Shown: positions 20,976-31,238 of the stretch, piece by piece
Layout: each line of letters begins with the position of its first letter
Position numbering within the stretch: position 1 is the first letter of the stretch
IMG/VR virus record: IMGVR_UViG_3300005253_000487
Span: 24,001 to 88,000 of that record
Strand: one strand, 5' to 3'
Length of the DNA stretch: 64,000 nucleotides
Source: a virus
Position numbers and translations under genes: made by a program
The notes under the pieces: model-generated
Seen by the model: only the letters and a program-made list of their open reading frames with translations
What the model was told of the DNA's origin: nothing
The model's database searches: none

Positions 20976-21003
20976 GTGAAAGGGAAGAAAGGAAAGGCTT
21001 AGG

Positions 21004-21447
21004 ATGAGTAAGGTAACGCAGTCTACGCCAACCCCAACCCCAACCCCAACCCCAACCAGGGGTGTAGTGATCGTCCTTGATAAGGAGCGCAGGTTACGCT
21101 ACTCGTTGGGCACTATTAGAAAGATGCGCGAGGAGTTTGGCGATAACGTCCTCGAATCAGGTTTACCCCACGACGCTATAGGCAAGCTGTTGTGGTTTGG
21201 ACTTGTCCATGACGATGAGAACCTCACGCCTGGAGATGTAGAAGAGCTTGTGGATCTCGAACACCTGGATGAGATCATGAAGGCTGTGACTAAGGCGACG
21301 GGGGGGCGGTCTCGAATTGAATTGATCGAGGCGGGTACGAAGTTGAGTCCCGCCCCCCCTCCTCAGCAGCCCGTAGCCAAGACGACGGAGGCTACGGGCG
21401 AGGAGACGAAGGACGAGGAAGTGACAGTGTCGACGCCGCAGAGCTGA
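21004..21447 (+). CDS. tail assembly chaperone (gpG-like)
   Basis: LDKERRLRYS..GLVHDDE.LT; synteny. Confidence 0.75.
   Translation: MSKVTQSTPTPTPTPTPTRGVVIVLDKERRLRYSLGTIRKMREEFGDNVLESGLPHDAIGKLLWFGLVHDDENLTPGDVEELVDLEHLDEIMKAVTKATGGRSRIELIEAGTKLSPAPPPQQPVAKTTEATGEETKDEEVTVSTPQS
21028..21057 (+). repeat. perfect (CCAACC)5 tandem repeat encoding (PT)5
   Basis: Read directly from sequence. Confidence 0.95.
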
Positions 21448-21758
21448 AGTGGTGGGCCGGAGCAATGGCTTGCGGCATTTCTGATGCATTGTATTGGAGT
21501 CTGACACGTGAAGAATTGGTGGCAGTGCTTAAGGTTCACGCGGCACGGGAAAGGTCTGCAAATCTGCGGGCGGGTTTGGTTGCGGCTACAATTTGTAATA
21601 CGAACCCGTATAGGAAGAAGGGTGCAAGGCGCATACAGCCTGGAGACTTCTTCCGTTCTGCAAAACGGGAACACATGTCTGTAGCAGAAGCACAGAAGTT
21701 CATGAATGGATGGGCTAGCACTATTAACAAAGACGCCGCTGCTCAAGGGGGCAAATGA
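21321..21758 (+). CDS. tail assembly chaperone gpT-like segment (-1 frame; ATG at 21465)
   Basis: YWSLT.EEL motif; -1 frame open from 21321; slippery C CCC CCT at 21354-21360. Confidence 0.65.
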   Translation: MDRGGYEVESRPPSSAARSQDDGGYGRGDEGRGSDSVDAAELKWWAGAMACGISDALYWSLTREELVAVLKVHAARERSANLRAGLVAATICNTNPYRKKGARRIQPGDFFRSAKREHMSVAEAQKFMNGWASTINKDAAAQGGK

Positions 21759-24412
21759 CTGTTCTTGCAGTAGCCCGTATCGTTCTTACGGGAGACACGA
21801 TTGCGTTAACCAAATCGCTCCATGGTGCGTCGGCAGCCATGGAGCAAGCTGGACGGCGCATGACGAAGATTGGCAAGAGCTTAACTACTAAAGTCACGCT
21901 GCCTATTATAGCGATCGGTGGCGTGAGTGTGAAGATGGCTGCAACCTTCGACGCCTCCATGCGAAAGATTGTAGGTCTGGTGGGTGTGCAAAGGGATGTT
22001 GTGGATGGGTGGCGCGATGACGTCCGAAAGTTGGCCGTGCAGTATGGCTCTTCTGCTAATGAAGCAGCGGAAGCGTTGTTCTTCATCACCTCCGCAGGCT
22101 TGCGTGGCTCCGATGCAATGGAAGCCCTCGAGGCGTCACTGAAGGGCACGGCGGCGGGCATGGGGCAGACGGCAACATTGGCGGATGCTGCCACCTCGGC
22201 AATGAACGCGTATGGTGCTGCCAACGTAAGCGCGGAACGGGCGGTGGAGATCCTCACCGCTGCCGTGCGGGCTGGTAAGCTAGAGACGGCCGCGTTGGCG
22301 CCTGTCATTGGTAGATTGTTGCCTACAGCATCTGCCATGAAGATTGGCTTCGCAGAGATTGCGGGCATTTTGGCCGTATTCTCCCGTACCGGTTTGCAGG
22401 CGGCGGAGGGTGCGACGTCTTTGAATAGTGTTATGACAACACTACTCAAACCTAGTCAGTTGGCGACGGAAGCGTTGGCGGAAGTTGGGCTTACGATGGC
22501 GCAACTCCGTGAGACGGCCGCAGGTCCGCAGGGTCTTATTGGAGTGATGCGGTTGTTGGCTGATACGTTTGCGGATGATGATGAGAAGTTGACTGCCATT
22601 ATTCCAAACATTCGTGCGTTCCGTGGCGTGATGAATGTGTTGGCGCAAGATGCAGACATCGTTGATCAAGTGATGTCTGATGTAGCAAACTCCCAGGGTA
22701 TCTTGTCAGAGGCGTTCATCGCATCCATGGGCCCACTCTTCCGGATGAGGCGGGCGTGGGAACAGTTTAAGGAACTCCTACTCAGTGTAGGCTTTGCAAT
22801 CATTCCCGTCATCGTGCCCATCTTTGTAAAGATGGGGAAGGCGTTTGATGTGGTGGCGCATGAGATAGGGAATATGTCTACGACCACCAAGACGGCCGGT
22901 GTGGCCTTAGTAGGGGCGGCTGCCGCCATAGGTCCCGTCCTTGTTGGTCTGGGGTCTGCCGTGTTGGTGATGAAAGCGTTGGGTGTTGCAACGTTGACAG
23001 TGACGACTAGGTTGTTTGGGCTTAGCGCGGTAATGGGAGCAGGTAGTATACTACTCGTTGCTCTTGGCTTGACGGCGGCGGCGATGCTGAAAGTTAAACT
23101 TGCTGCTATTGAAATGGAAGCGTCAACGTTGCGTGCCACTGATAGCATAAAAGCGGGTTTCGCTGATTTAGAACCGGAGGCTGCGGCGCGTAAGGTCGCA
23201 CGCCTTAACATGGTCATAAAGACGATGGAAGGCGATGTAGACAATCTACGCACCCAGGCTGTGATGGCGCAGGCTGCGATGGTGGGTGTAGCGGATGCAA
23301 CAGCAACACAGGCTACCCCGGCGTTTCGTGAGAGTGCAGACTCTTTGCTTGCGGAGGCGGATGCGATAGAAGAAACTATTGCTAGGACGAAAGCGTTTCG
23401 TACTGCATTGCAGGCGGTGGCAAACACAGCGGTTGAGACGGCGAAGGTAGTTGATAAAGGGGCAGGTGGTGGTACTGCACCCGCCGCTTGGATGGTGGCT
23501 GCGAAAGAAGCTATGGAGCTGTTGTCAGCCTCATTACGTGAAACGGTGGTGTTGAATGAGTTGATGGGTGAGAGTTTTGATCTACCCGCTGCACAGGCTG
23601 AGGCCTACGAAGCGGCTATCGTGTCTATGGTTGAGGCAGGTGTGGACCTTGACGTGGCGGTTGGCCAGAATGGAGAAAACCTCCGAGTACTGACTGAACG
23701 TTATTTGGTATTGGCGGCGGGCGTGGACGAGGCAGAAAAGAAGACGAACGCGTTGACGGCAGCACAGGAAGACGCGAAGCGTATTATTGAAGGCATCCGC
23801 ACGCCGACAGAACAGTACGATGCGACGGTAGCAAATCTGCAAAAACACTTGGATGCAACACTGCTCACGCAAGTAGAATTCGATCGGGCGGTAGGGTTGG
23901 CAAAGACTACGTTGGCGGAGGCAACGGCAAGTGGGCTTGAATGGGGTGAGACAATGGAGCGCGCGAGTGCGCATGCATTGGACAGCTTTATTCAGTTCGC
24001 AACGACAGCCGGTGGTGAGTTTAGCGACTTTGTGAACGGGGTTATCCGAGACCTTGTACGTATGGCTGCTAAGATGGCCATTACAGGCGCCTTCAAAAGC
24101 CTTACGGCGAGCCCAATACCCGAGCTGGCGCACGGTGGGTTCCTCCCTGGAGGTAGCCTAGGGTTGGTGGGGGAGCAGGGCCCGGAGTTGGTGCAAGCGG
24201 GGAGGCAAGGGGTGACGGTGCAACCGATGAGTGGCTTGGTGGCGGCAGGAGCGGCGGACACGGGCGGTAACATTCGATTGGCGGTGACAATCCAGGCCAA
24301 TGATGCTAAGAGCTTTAAGGAGATGGTTGAAGCGCATCCGGATGTTGTCACAGCGCCTGTGATGCAGGCGCTTGCGCGTGGCCAAAATCTACGAAGACGT
24401 CTACAAGGGTGA
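21755..24412 (+). CDS. tail tape measure protein (TP901-like)
   Basis: 885 aa, Ala-rich helical, central hydrophobic block, C-terminal AHGG..VGEQGPE. Confidence 0.9.
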   Translation: MTVLAVARIVLTGDTIALTKSLHGASAAMEQAGRRMTKIGKSLTTKVTLPIIAIGGVSVKMAATFDASMRKIVGLVGVQRDVVDGWRDDVRKLAVQYGSSANEAAEALFFITSAGLRGSDAMEALEASLKGTAAGMGQTATLADAATSAMNAYGAANVSAERAVEILTAAVRAGKLETAALAPVIGRLLPTASAMKIGFAEIAGILAVFSRTGLQAAEGATSLNSVMTTLLKPSQLATEALAEVGLTMAQLRETAAGPQGLIGVMRLLADTFADDDEKLTAIIPNIRAFRGVMNVLAQDADIVDQVMSDVANSQGILSEAFIASMGPLFRMRRAWEQFKELLLSVGFAIIPVIVPIFVKMGKAFDVVAHEIGNMSTTTKTAGVALVGAAAAIGPVLVGLGSAVLVMKALGVATLTVTTRLFGLSAVMGAGSILLVALGLTAAAMLKVKLAAIEMEASTLRATDSIKAGFADLEPEAAARKVARLNMVIKTMEGDVDNLRTQAVMAQAAMVGVADATATQATPAFRESADSLLAEADAIEETIARTKAFRTALQAVANTAVETAKVVDKGAGGGTAPAAWMVAAKEAMELLSASLRETVVLNELMGESFDLPAAQAEAYEAAIVSMVEAGVDLDVAVGQNGENLRVLTERYLVLAAGVDEAEKKTNALTAAQEDAKRIIEGIRTPTEQYDATVANLQKHLDATLLTQVEFDRAVGLAKTTLAEATASGLEWGETMERASAHALDSFIQFATTAGGEFSDFVNGVIRDLVRMAAKMAITGAFKSLTASPIPELAHGGFLPGGSLGLVGEQGPELVQAGRQGVTVQPMSGLVAAGAADTGGNIRLAVTIQANDAKSFKEMVEAHPDVVTAPVMQALARGQNLRRRLQG

Positions 24413-24419
24413 TGCTTAG

Positions 24420-25040
24420 ATGCCTGCCTTTCCGCGTGCGATAGCTTCGAGGCTTAGTACCCCGCCAGAATTCCCTGAAGGGTTTGCAAGTTGGGGACAG
24501 TCAGGGAAGGGACAGTTCCGCTCCTTCGAAAACGTGGGTAGGATTTGGACGGAGATTTATCCGTCCTGGAATTACCTGACGACGGAAGGACGAGCACTTA
24601 TTCGCGCCATCAATTTAGCGCGGCGTGAATTAACGATCTGGACCATTCAACATCCGCACCTTATTGCCAACTATGGTGCACAAGGCGGATCTCCTTTGGT
24701 GGACGGTGCAAGCCAGGCAGGAGACACTATTCTTATTGATGGTGCGCCTGCGAGCACCCTCAATTGGTTGCGGGATGGGGACATCATTCTCATTGCAGGT
24801 AGCACACTCATCCTCGATGTCAAGGCGGACGTGGACACAGATAGTGCGGGGGATGCAACCATTCCCATCCATCCGCCCATCTTCACTGGTGGTAGTCCTA
24901 GTAATAATGCCGTCGTTACTATTGACGCATCCGCCATCAACTTCACTGCCGTGTTAGTAGGCACACAGATGCCCGACATTGAGGCGCACGGGGTGGTGGC
25001 AGCAGGCATGACGCTAACGTGGCGAGAACAACCATCATGA
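24420..25040 (+). CDS. distal tail protein
   Basis: Directly follows tape measure; LRDGD, IPIHPP. Confidence 0.65.
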   Translation: MPAFPRAIASRLSTPPEFPEGFASWGQSGKGQFRSFENVGRIWTEIYPSWNYLTTEGRALIRAINLARRELTIWTIQHPHLIANYGAQGGSPLVDGASQAGDTILIDGAPASTLNWLRDGDIILIAGSTLILDVKADVDTDSAGDATIPIHPPIFTGGSPSNNAVVTIDASAINFTAVLVGTQMPDIEAHGVVAAGMTLTWREQPS

Positions 25041-25050
25041 GGGTGTTAGC

Positions 25051-25704
25051 ATGAGTCCAGGTACACGCACACTCGGCTCAGGCATCGCTGCGGAGCTTAC
25101 CAGTCTCAATGCGGAAGCAGTGCACCTTGTGGAGATTGTATTCTCCAGCGGTACTGAGCGTCTCAGTACGGGCACACGTGATATTGATTGGGATGGGTTT
25201 ACGTGGAGTGCAGTAGGTGGGATACTGCAGATTGGTGCTGTTGAAGAGGCGCAGTCGCCGAAGAATGCAGGCATGGATATTGCGCTCGCAGGTATTGACC
25301 AAACGATTGTCAGTGCTCTGCTGAGTGCTCACTACCGGGGACGCTCCCTTAAGTTATGGCGGGCGTATCTTGACCAAGCGACTGGCCTCATTATTGTGGA
25401 CCCCGTTCCTTTGATAGACCACTTGCAACTTGAGGGCTATCGGATTGAGGAAAACATCAGTCGTGGGAGTCCGTTGACTGTTACGATTAAGACGCGGGTA
25501 TCCTTACGTGCAAGTATCCCGGAGCGGCGGGGTATCCAGTGCAATCTGATAAGTCATCAGAGTGTACACACGGATGAGACGTTCATGCAACACGTTGCAG
25601 GTCTTAAAGGGAAGTTAAACTATTGGGGCACGGAAGCGCCAACGCGCATTGGTGGTGGGGGTGGTGGTGGAAACCAAGACGATGGTCCGGATGAGAGGCT
25701 GTAA
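25051..25704 (+). CDS. tail tip / hub protein (DUF2163 / gpL-like)
   Basis: WDG.TW..VG.., YWG; synteny. Confidence 0.65.
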   Translation: MSPGTRTLGSGIAAELTSLNAEAVHLVEIVFSSGTERLSTGTRDIDWDGFTWSAVGGILQIGAVEEAQSPKNAGMDIALAGIDQTIVSALLSAHYRGRSLKLWRAYLDQATGLIIVDPVPLIDHLQLEGYRIEENISRGSPLTVTIKTRVSLRASIPERRGIQCNLISHQSVHTDETFMQHVAGLKGKLNYWGTEAPTRIGGGGGGGNQDDGPDERL

Positions 25705-26154
25705 ATGATTCTTCCCCGCGTACTGGATTGGCGTAGCAGGCTTGTCCCTTGGGCGGAGGGGCTACGTGGGGAACCCTACGAATGGGGGCTTACGGACTGT
25801 GGTAAGATAGCGTGCGCCGCATTGGCTGAGATGTTTGGACAGGACATCGCAGCGCTGCCCCCGTACACTACGGCCGCGGAGGCTGTCCGTGTACTGTCCG
25901 CTGCCGGTGGCGCGGGAGGAATCATGCAACGCCTCGGTGCGGAGCCCGTCACATCCATGTTCCTACAGTCAGGTGCGATTGTAGTGGACCCCGACAAGGG
26001 TGATGAACATTTTCCAGGTATCTATGTCTACGTTGAACCAATATTGATAACAAGTCATCTAGAGACGGGTGTTGAGTGGTACGAACGGGAGGGCGTGCTG
26101 GGAGCTAACGCCGTCGTCTTCAATCTTTGGGAGGCACTACTCCCCGATGGGTAG
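25705..26154 (+). CDS. NlpC/P60-like tail assembly protein
   Basis: PYEWG.TDC. Confidence 0.7.
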   Translation: MILPRVLDWRSRLVPWAEGLRGEPYEWGLTDCGKIACAALAEMFGQDIAALPPYTTAAEAVRVLSAAGGAGGIMQRLGAEPVTSMFLQSGAIVVDPDKGDEHFPGIYVYVEPILITSHLETGVEWYEREGVLGANAVVFNLWEALLPDG

Positions 26155-29100
26155 TAAAGTTGGAAGAATTGTTGCGGGCGTAATTCTCACGGCAGGAAGT
26201 GTCGTTGCTCTTGCGTTTGGGCAACCACAGCTTGCCTACGCGTTGGGTTCGATCGGCCTTGGGATGCTTTACAACGAGGCTTTTGGTGCACGTGGCCTCA
26301 ATGATCGTCAAGCTACGGTGATGGAAAACCGGACGGACGTGCGCGAACATATCCCGCTCATCTACGGAGAGACGCGTGTCGGCGCGAACATGATTGACAT
26401 CCGGGTGGATGATGCAAGCCCCGATAACAAGAGATTGGCACTCGTGGCAGCCTTTTGCTTGGGCTCTTCTGATGGTGGGGACATTGAAGGCGTCCAGACT
26501 ATCTACTTGGATGATAAGATTGCGTGGACAAAAGGCGCCGGTTTGGCGGGAGTGTACAACGGTTTCCTGCCAGTCAGTGATACCATTCAGTCAAAGTTCT
26601 TAAAGGTAACGGTGCACGAAGGTGCTACATCACAGACAGTAGATGCTGATTTAACTGCTCTATTCCCAACGGAGCATCCTAGCACGTCACGTGGGCGTAG
26701 TGTGTGCTATGTTACACTATTGGCGTGGGCAGATTCAGATGTCTATCCAAATGGTATTCCACGCATCAATGCCTTGATTCGCGGGCAACGGTGTTTCGAT
26801 CCACGCACATCCACAACGATCTATACGCAGAACCCTGCGGTCATTATTCGAGACTATCTTGTTTCCACGGTCTATGGGTTTGGAGTACCGACAGCTGACA
26901 TCATTGAGCAGACCTTCATAGACATGGCGAATTACTGTGACGAGATCGTCTCACTCCCTTCAGCTGGATCGCAGAAGCGTTTTGTGGCCAATGGTTGGGT
27001 TGACACGTCGAAGTCCTTGTCTAGTAACCTCGCAGACCTCGCCACATCTTGCCGCGCCCAGGTCTTTGAAACGGGCGGGAAGTGGCAAATCCATATTCGG
27101 CGCACGCTTGCTGTTAGCGGTCTCAAGTTGGACAAGGGCAACACGGTGGAGGGAAGCTGGAACTTCTTCCTCCCAGGTTCGCGGGATGTACCGAATGTCA
27201 TGCGTGCAACGTACCTGGATCCCGCGAGGGACTACCGCCCGGATACAGTGCAGTGGCCTGACCCAGGTGCAGCTAACCCCGCACTGACAAACGACAACGA
27301 TTTCGAGAGTCGGTTTGCAATAGACCTACCGTATACGGACAACCGACTGCGGGCGCAACAATTTTGCTTGACGTTGACGAAGGAAATGCGCGAAGGGATT
27401 ATGGTTACCCTGACCGCGAAAGGAGAATTGCTCCAAGGCAAGATTGGTGACATTGTCGAATTGACATACTTGACGCCAGGGTGGGTGGATAAGCCCTTCT
27501 GGATTATTGCAATGAACATCAAGTCTGATTTCAACATAGATATGGTTCTTGTTGAATATGAGTCTACGGTCTACGACTTGGATGCGCAGGTAGACCAACC
27601 TGCCATTCCCAATACTAATCTTCCTGATCCGCATGCCGCACCACCACCTACAAGCCTTGTGCTTACCGCTGATGCCTCAGTGGCGCAGGAAACAAATGCT
27701 GGTGTTTATATCCCACGCATCCGGGCGACCTGGGTTGATGCTGATCATAACTTTGTGGCCCAATACGACCTTGAAGCCAAGCCATCAAGCGTCAGTGAAC
27801 TGTGGGATTCTTTTGGTCCGGTTCCTGTAGGTGAGGAATACTTTCTAGTCTATCCTGTTGATGAACAATCGTGGGACGTTCGTATACGCACGGTGACAAA
27901 GAGTGGGGTTAAAAGCGACTGGGTAGAAGAAACTGTTTCTGTAGACCTTGGTCCACACGCGCAGATTGGGGCGCTTGGTACGACGGTTAAGCGTACAGAT
28001 GGGTCGGCGGTAGTTCGTGCAGAGCTTGATCCTGCTGTAAAGTCGGTTCGTTATGTCGCGATTGTAGGTGTCGCTCCCTCGTGGCCAAATGATGCTGCGG
28101 TTGAGGCTGGTACAATTATTACTCCAACAGCAACCTTTGTTGATATCGCTTTTGGCGCGGGCACCGTTCTTCCTGGCGAGCGGCTGCTCATTCGTATGGT
28201 GCCCTATGCTGCTATTAACGGCATTGGGCCCGATGGGTCTGCGGCGACACATGGATCTATTGTTGCTGACCTCGATGGGACGGATCAACCTGAAGTACGG
28301 TCGATTGCGTTTCGTGTGAGCGCTTTAGGTGTTGTTGATCTTATAATTCGGACGATGCAAGCGAAGTCAATTAAGTGGGCAGTATCAAACTCCTCTTTCC
28401 CAACACCTGTTACAAACGCTAATACGGACAGCGAAGGTGTTGTTGAACTCTTAGGTGTAGACACCCTCATTACTGGCGAGACTTTGTTTGTTGCAGTTCT
28501 CGCCTATGAGGCAATCAATCAGGGCGGTGTTGTTGGTACAGTGGAGGGGCGTGATAAGTATCTCTATGCACTCGAACCCACGGTCGAGAGCGTTGGGACG
28601 ACGGTTCACACCGCTGACGGATCGGCTACGGTCCGCATGGAACTCTCGCCGCTTGTGTTGTCGATTCGCTATGCAACGGCGGTTGGTGCGAACCCCAGCT
28701 TTCCAAACGATGCTGCGGTAGAAGCAGGCACGATCGTTAACACAACCGACACCGAGGAACTTACGTTTGCGCCGGGTACCGTAGCCCCAGGAGAGCGCCT
28801 CTTAATTCGAATCGCGCCTTATGCAGCAACTGGTGGTGTTGGGCCAGACTCTTCTGCAGCGACACACGGTAAGATAGTTGCCGACCTGGATGGCGAGGAT
28901 CAGCCAGAGGTATTCGGACTTGAGATAGAGATTGACGACAGCGGTGTTGCGGATCTCGCGGTTCGCACAAGCAAGACCGGTAGTGTTAAGTGGGTAGAAA
29001 ATACCACGGGTTTTGTGTCGAAGGCCACGGTACGGTCCTCCGGGACAACGAGTAACGTAGATGCTGATGGGCTGTTTGAGACGGCGGGGTATCGCACACT

Positions 29101-30958
29101 TACTGCAGCTCAGACAAGTTATATCTCGATGCTTGCCTTTGCCGCCTCGGGTGCGGGTGGCGTAGAAGGTCCAGTTCTAACGAAGCGGAAGCGGGCGTAT
29201 GAGGGTGGCGGTGGAGGATCAAGTATCAATGCGCCGCGGGCGACGGCCGAGGTTACGTCGCAAACGACTACTGACGAGACCTTCACGCTGAAAGCGATCG
29301 CCGGCCCCGGGGGATCTTCCAACCTCCAAGTGAAGCACCGGACCCAAGTATCGGGTTCAGCCTTTGGGGGCTTTAGTGCGTGGTTCACCGCACCGAGAAC
29401 CAACGTCACCATTACCCGGCACGCCCGGTTGACGACTATCCTTGAAGTTGTGGCACGCGATGTTAACCGCGGCAACATCGAGTCATTCCCCTATCAATAT
29501 CAGGTGCGTGGGGCAGAACAGCATGTCTTAGACACCGGCAAGAAAAAGCGTGATTGGCAGTTCGACGACAATGAATATGCCGTTATGGCGAGTGCCTCAG
29601 ACGGGAAGACCGCCAACGCGGCTGTCAAGGAGTCCGGTGGTAGGGCCGTCAACCTCCTTTACGCGAAGGCCCTCATCGGCGACCCCGACACGGCCGACGC
29701 AATTGCTAACGGTGCAGTAGCTAGGGTTACTACGAATAATGAAGCGACGGGCGGAGGTCGGGGATTCACTGGGTTAGACTCGTCCGCCAGGTTGGTGACG
29801 GGAACGGTTGTAAAAACGGTGGCGGAGATTGATGACGGTGTCGGTCGTTCTGTAACAGGGCTCTCGGTCTCAGGTGAGGTTACGGTAGGCACCGTTGCAA
29901 AGTCAGTATCTGAAATAGATGATGCTGTTGTTCGGGCAACAGATGGGCTTGATAATGTTGGGCAAGTTAGAAAAGGCTTTCAGTTTGATGAGCGTGTAAT
30001 GGCGCTTACGGTGGAGAACAACGACGATGTGGCAACAGGTACCGTTACGCTTCAGCGCCTCACGACAGTCCACCCCGACACTAAAATTAGCGGCTTCGCG
30101 GGTGGTGCTGCTGGACGCGTGATTGTCATATACCATGCGTCAGGGCCTCCCGCAATACTTCTGAATCTTACAACTTCTGCGGCTGCCAATCAACTACGAC
30201 TCCCGGACAGCCTGCACCACCACATAGAACCGAACACGGCGGCCTGGCTCCACTACGACACCTCCGATTCCAAGTGGCATGTTCTGGGCGTGAGAACACA
30301 CGTCTTCACCGATGACATCCGAGCGGGACAATTTGGTGGCGGAGCCTATTCGTTTGCAGGCGCCTTAACCGTTAATGGAGACTTATTCGCTGGTGCATTC
30401 TTAGACGTTGTTAACGACATAACTGGGGATAGAGTCTTTGCTCTGTCCGACGGTTCCGTGCTCAAAGACACGACTGTTGACCGACTTACTGCTGAAAGTA
30501 TTGTTAAGGTCACAGTTCCGAAAGCTAGTTCTGGTGGTCCACAGGCTGATCTAAGTTGGCATCGGTTCTTTCGGTTTGAGAAAACCGGTCTTGCTGAAAA
30601 TGCCACCCACAACATCTTCAAGATTACTCTTGGAGGTATTAGAAGATCCGTTCATGTCAGAGCTGTAGCTGTCTGGCGATCTCCTGGAGGGTTTGTTTTC
30701 GGTCGTGAGTCTGGTGTTCAAGAGGGAACCATCTGGACCAATGACGGCCCAACCGCAGCCTTTATCCAACTGTCGAATCTTAACTCTGGTACGGGCTCGG
30801 GTGACTCCTACTGGGCAACGCCATCTATTTTCGGGGCAGTGTGTACGTTCAAATTCCATATTAGAGACAACGGTGGGAGCACCACAAACAGCGTAGTAGG
30901 TGCCTATGTCGAGATATGGGACGACGATGTAGACCAGGCAACCGTAGCAATAGTATAG
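26147..30958 (+). CDS. central tail fibre / host specificity protein (lambda gpJ-like)
   Basis: IPLIYGETRVG, NPAVIIRDYL, FN3-like segment, long variable C-terminus; start moved to ATG 26147. Confidence 0.9.
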   Translation: MGSKVGRIVAGVILTAGSVVALAFGQPQLAYALGSIGLGMLYNEAFGARGLNDRQATVMENRTDVREHIPLIYGETRVGANMIDIRVDDASPDNKRLALVAAFCLGSSDGGDIEGVQTIYLDDKIAWTKGAGLAGVYNGFLPVSDTIQSKFLKVTVHEGATSQTVDADLTALFPTEHPSTSRGRSVCYVTLLAWADSDVYPNGIPRINALIRGQRCFDPRTSTTIYTQNPAVIIRDYLVSTVYGFGVPTADIIEQTFIDMANYCDEIVSLPSAGSQKRFVANGWVDTSKSLSSNLADLATSCRAQVFETGGKWQIHIRRTLAVSGLKLDKGNTVEGSWNFFLPGSRDVPNVMRATYLDPARDYRPDTVQWPDPGAANPALTNDNDFESRFAIDLPYTDNRLRAQQFCLTLTKEMREGIMVTLTAKGELLQGKIGDIVELTYLTPGWVDKPFWIIAMNIKSDFNIDMVLVEYESTVYDLDAQVDQPAIPNTNLPDPHAAPPPTSLVLTADASVAQETNAGVYIPRIRATWVDADHNFVAQYDLEAKPSSVSELWDSFGPVPVGEEYFLVYPVDEQSWDVRIRTVTKSGVKSDWVEETVSVDLGPHAQIGALGTTVKRTDGSAVVRAELDPAVKSVRYVAIVGVAPSWPNDAAVEAGTIITPTATFVDIAFGAGTVLPGERLLIRMVPYAAINGIGPDGSAATHGSIVADLDGTDQPEVRSIAFRVSALGVVDLIIRTMQAKSIKWAVSNSSFPTPVTNANTDSEGVVELLGVDTLITGETLFVAVLAYEAINQGGVVGTVEGRDKYLYALEPTVESVGTTVHTADGSATVRMELSPLVLSIRYATAVGANPSFPNDAAVEAGTIVNTTDTEELTFAPGTVAPGERLLIRIAPYAATGGVGPDSSAATHGKIVADLDGEDQPEVFGLEIEIDDSGVADLAVRTSKTGSVKWVENTTGFVSKATVRSSGTTSNVDADGLFETAGYRTLTAAQTSYISMLAFAASGAGGVEGPVLTKRKRAYEGGGGGSSINAPRATAEVTSQTTTDETFTLKAIAGPGGSSNLQVKHRTQVSGSAFGGFSAWFTAPRTNVTITRHARLTTILEVVARDVNRGNIESFPYQYQVRGAEQHVLDTGKKKRDWQFDDNEYAVMASASDGKTANAAVKESGGRAVNLLYAKALIGDPDTADAIANGAVARVTTNNEATGGGRGFTGLDSSARLVTGTVVKTVAEIDDGVGRSVTGLSVSGEVTVGTVAKSVSEIDDAVVRATDGLDNVGQVRKGFQFDERVMALTVENNDDVATGTVTLQRLTTVHPDTKISGFAGGAAGRVIVIYHASGPPAILLNLTTSAAANQLRLPDSLHHHIEPNTAAWLHYDTSDSKWHVLGVRTHVFTDDIRAGQFGGGAYSFAGALTVNGDLFAGAFLDVVNDITGDRVFALSDGSVLKDTTVDRLTAESIVKVTVPKASSGGPQADLSWHRFFRFEKTGLAENATHNIFKITLGGIRRSVHVRAVAVWRSPGGFVFGRESGVQEGTIWTNDGPTAAFIQLSNLNSGTGSGDSYWATPSIFGAVCTFKFHIRDNGGSTTNSVVGAYVEIWDDDVDQATVAIV

Positions 30959-30970
30959 GGGGGGATTTTA

Positions 30971-31231
30971 ATGAGTCTCAGAGAAGAACTTCTCAGTGAA
31001 CCCGTCAATATCGTACGGGATAAAGAAAGATTGGTTGATGTAACCATTCGGAGTTTACCGGATGGTGACTCTTTGGTGGGTAGTTGGGAGGCACCCGACG
31101 TCCACGGCCAGATGCTGCGCTATAACCGCACGGTAGACGAAGTGTTGGCCGCGGATCTCATACGACGATTCGACACACTTACAGTGACAGCATTGATAGA
31201 CGCGGTGGCAGAGGACACTAAACAAAAGTAG
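30971..31231 (+). CDS. hypothetical protein (possible fibre chaperone)
   Basis: RBS; follows the fibre gene. Confidence 0.5.
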   Translation: MSLREELLSEPVNIVRDKERLVDVTIRSLPDGDSLVGSWEAPDVHGQMLRYNRTVDEVLAADLIRRFDTLTVTALIDAVAEDTKQK

Positions 31232-31238
31232 GGGTGTT

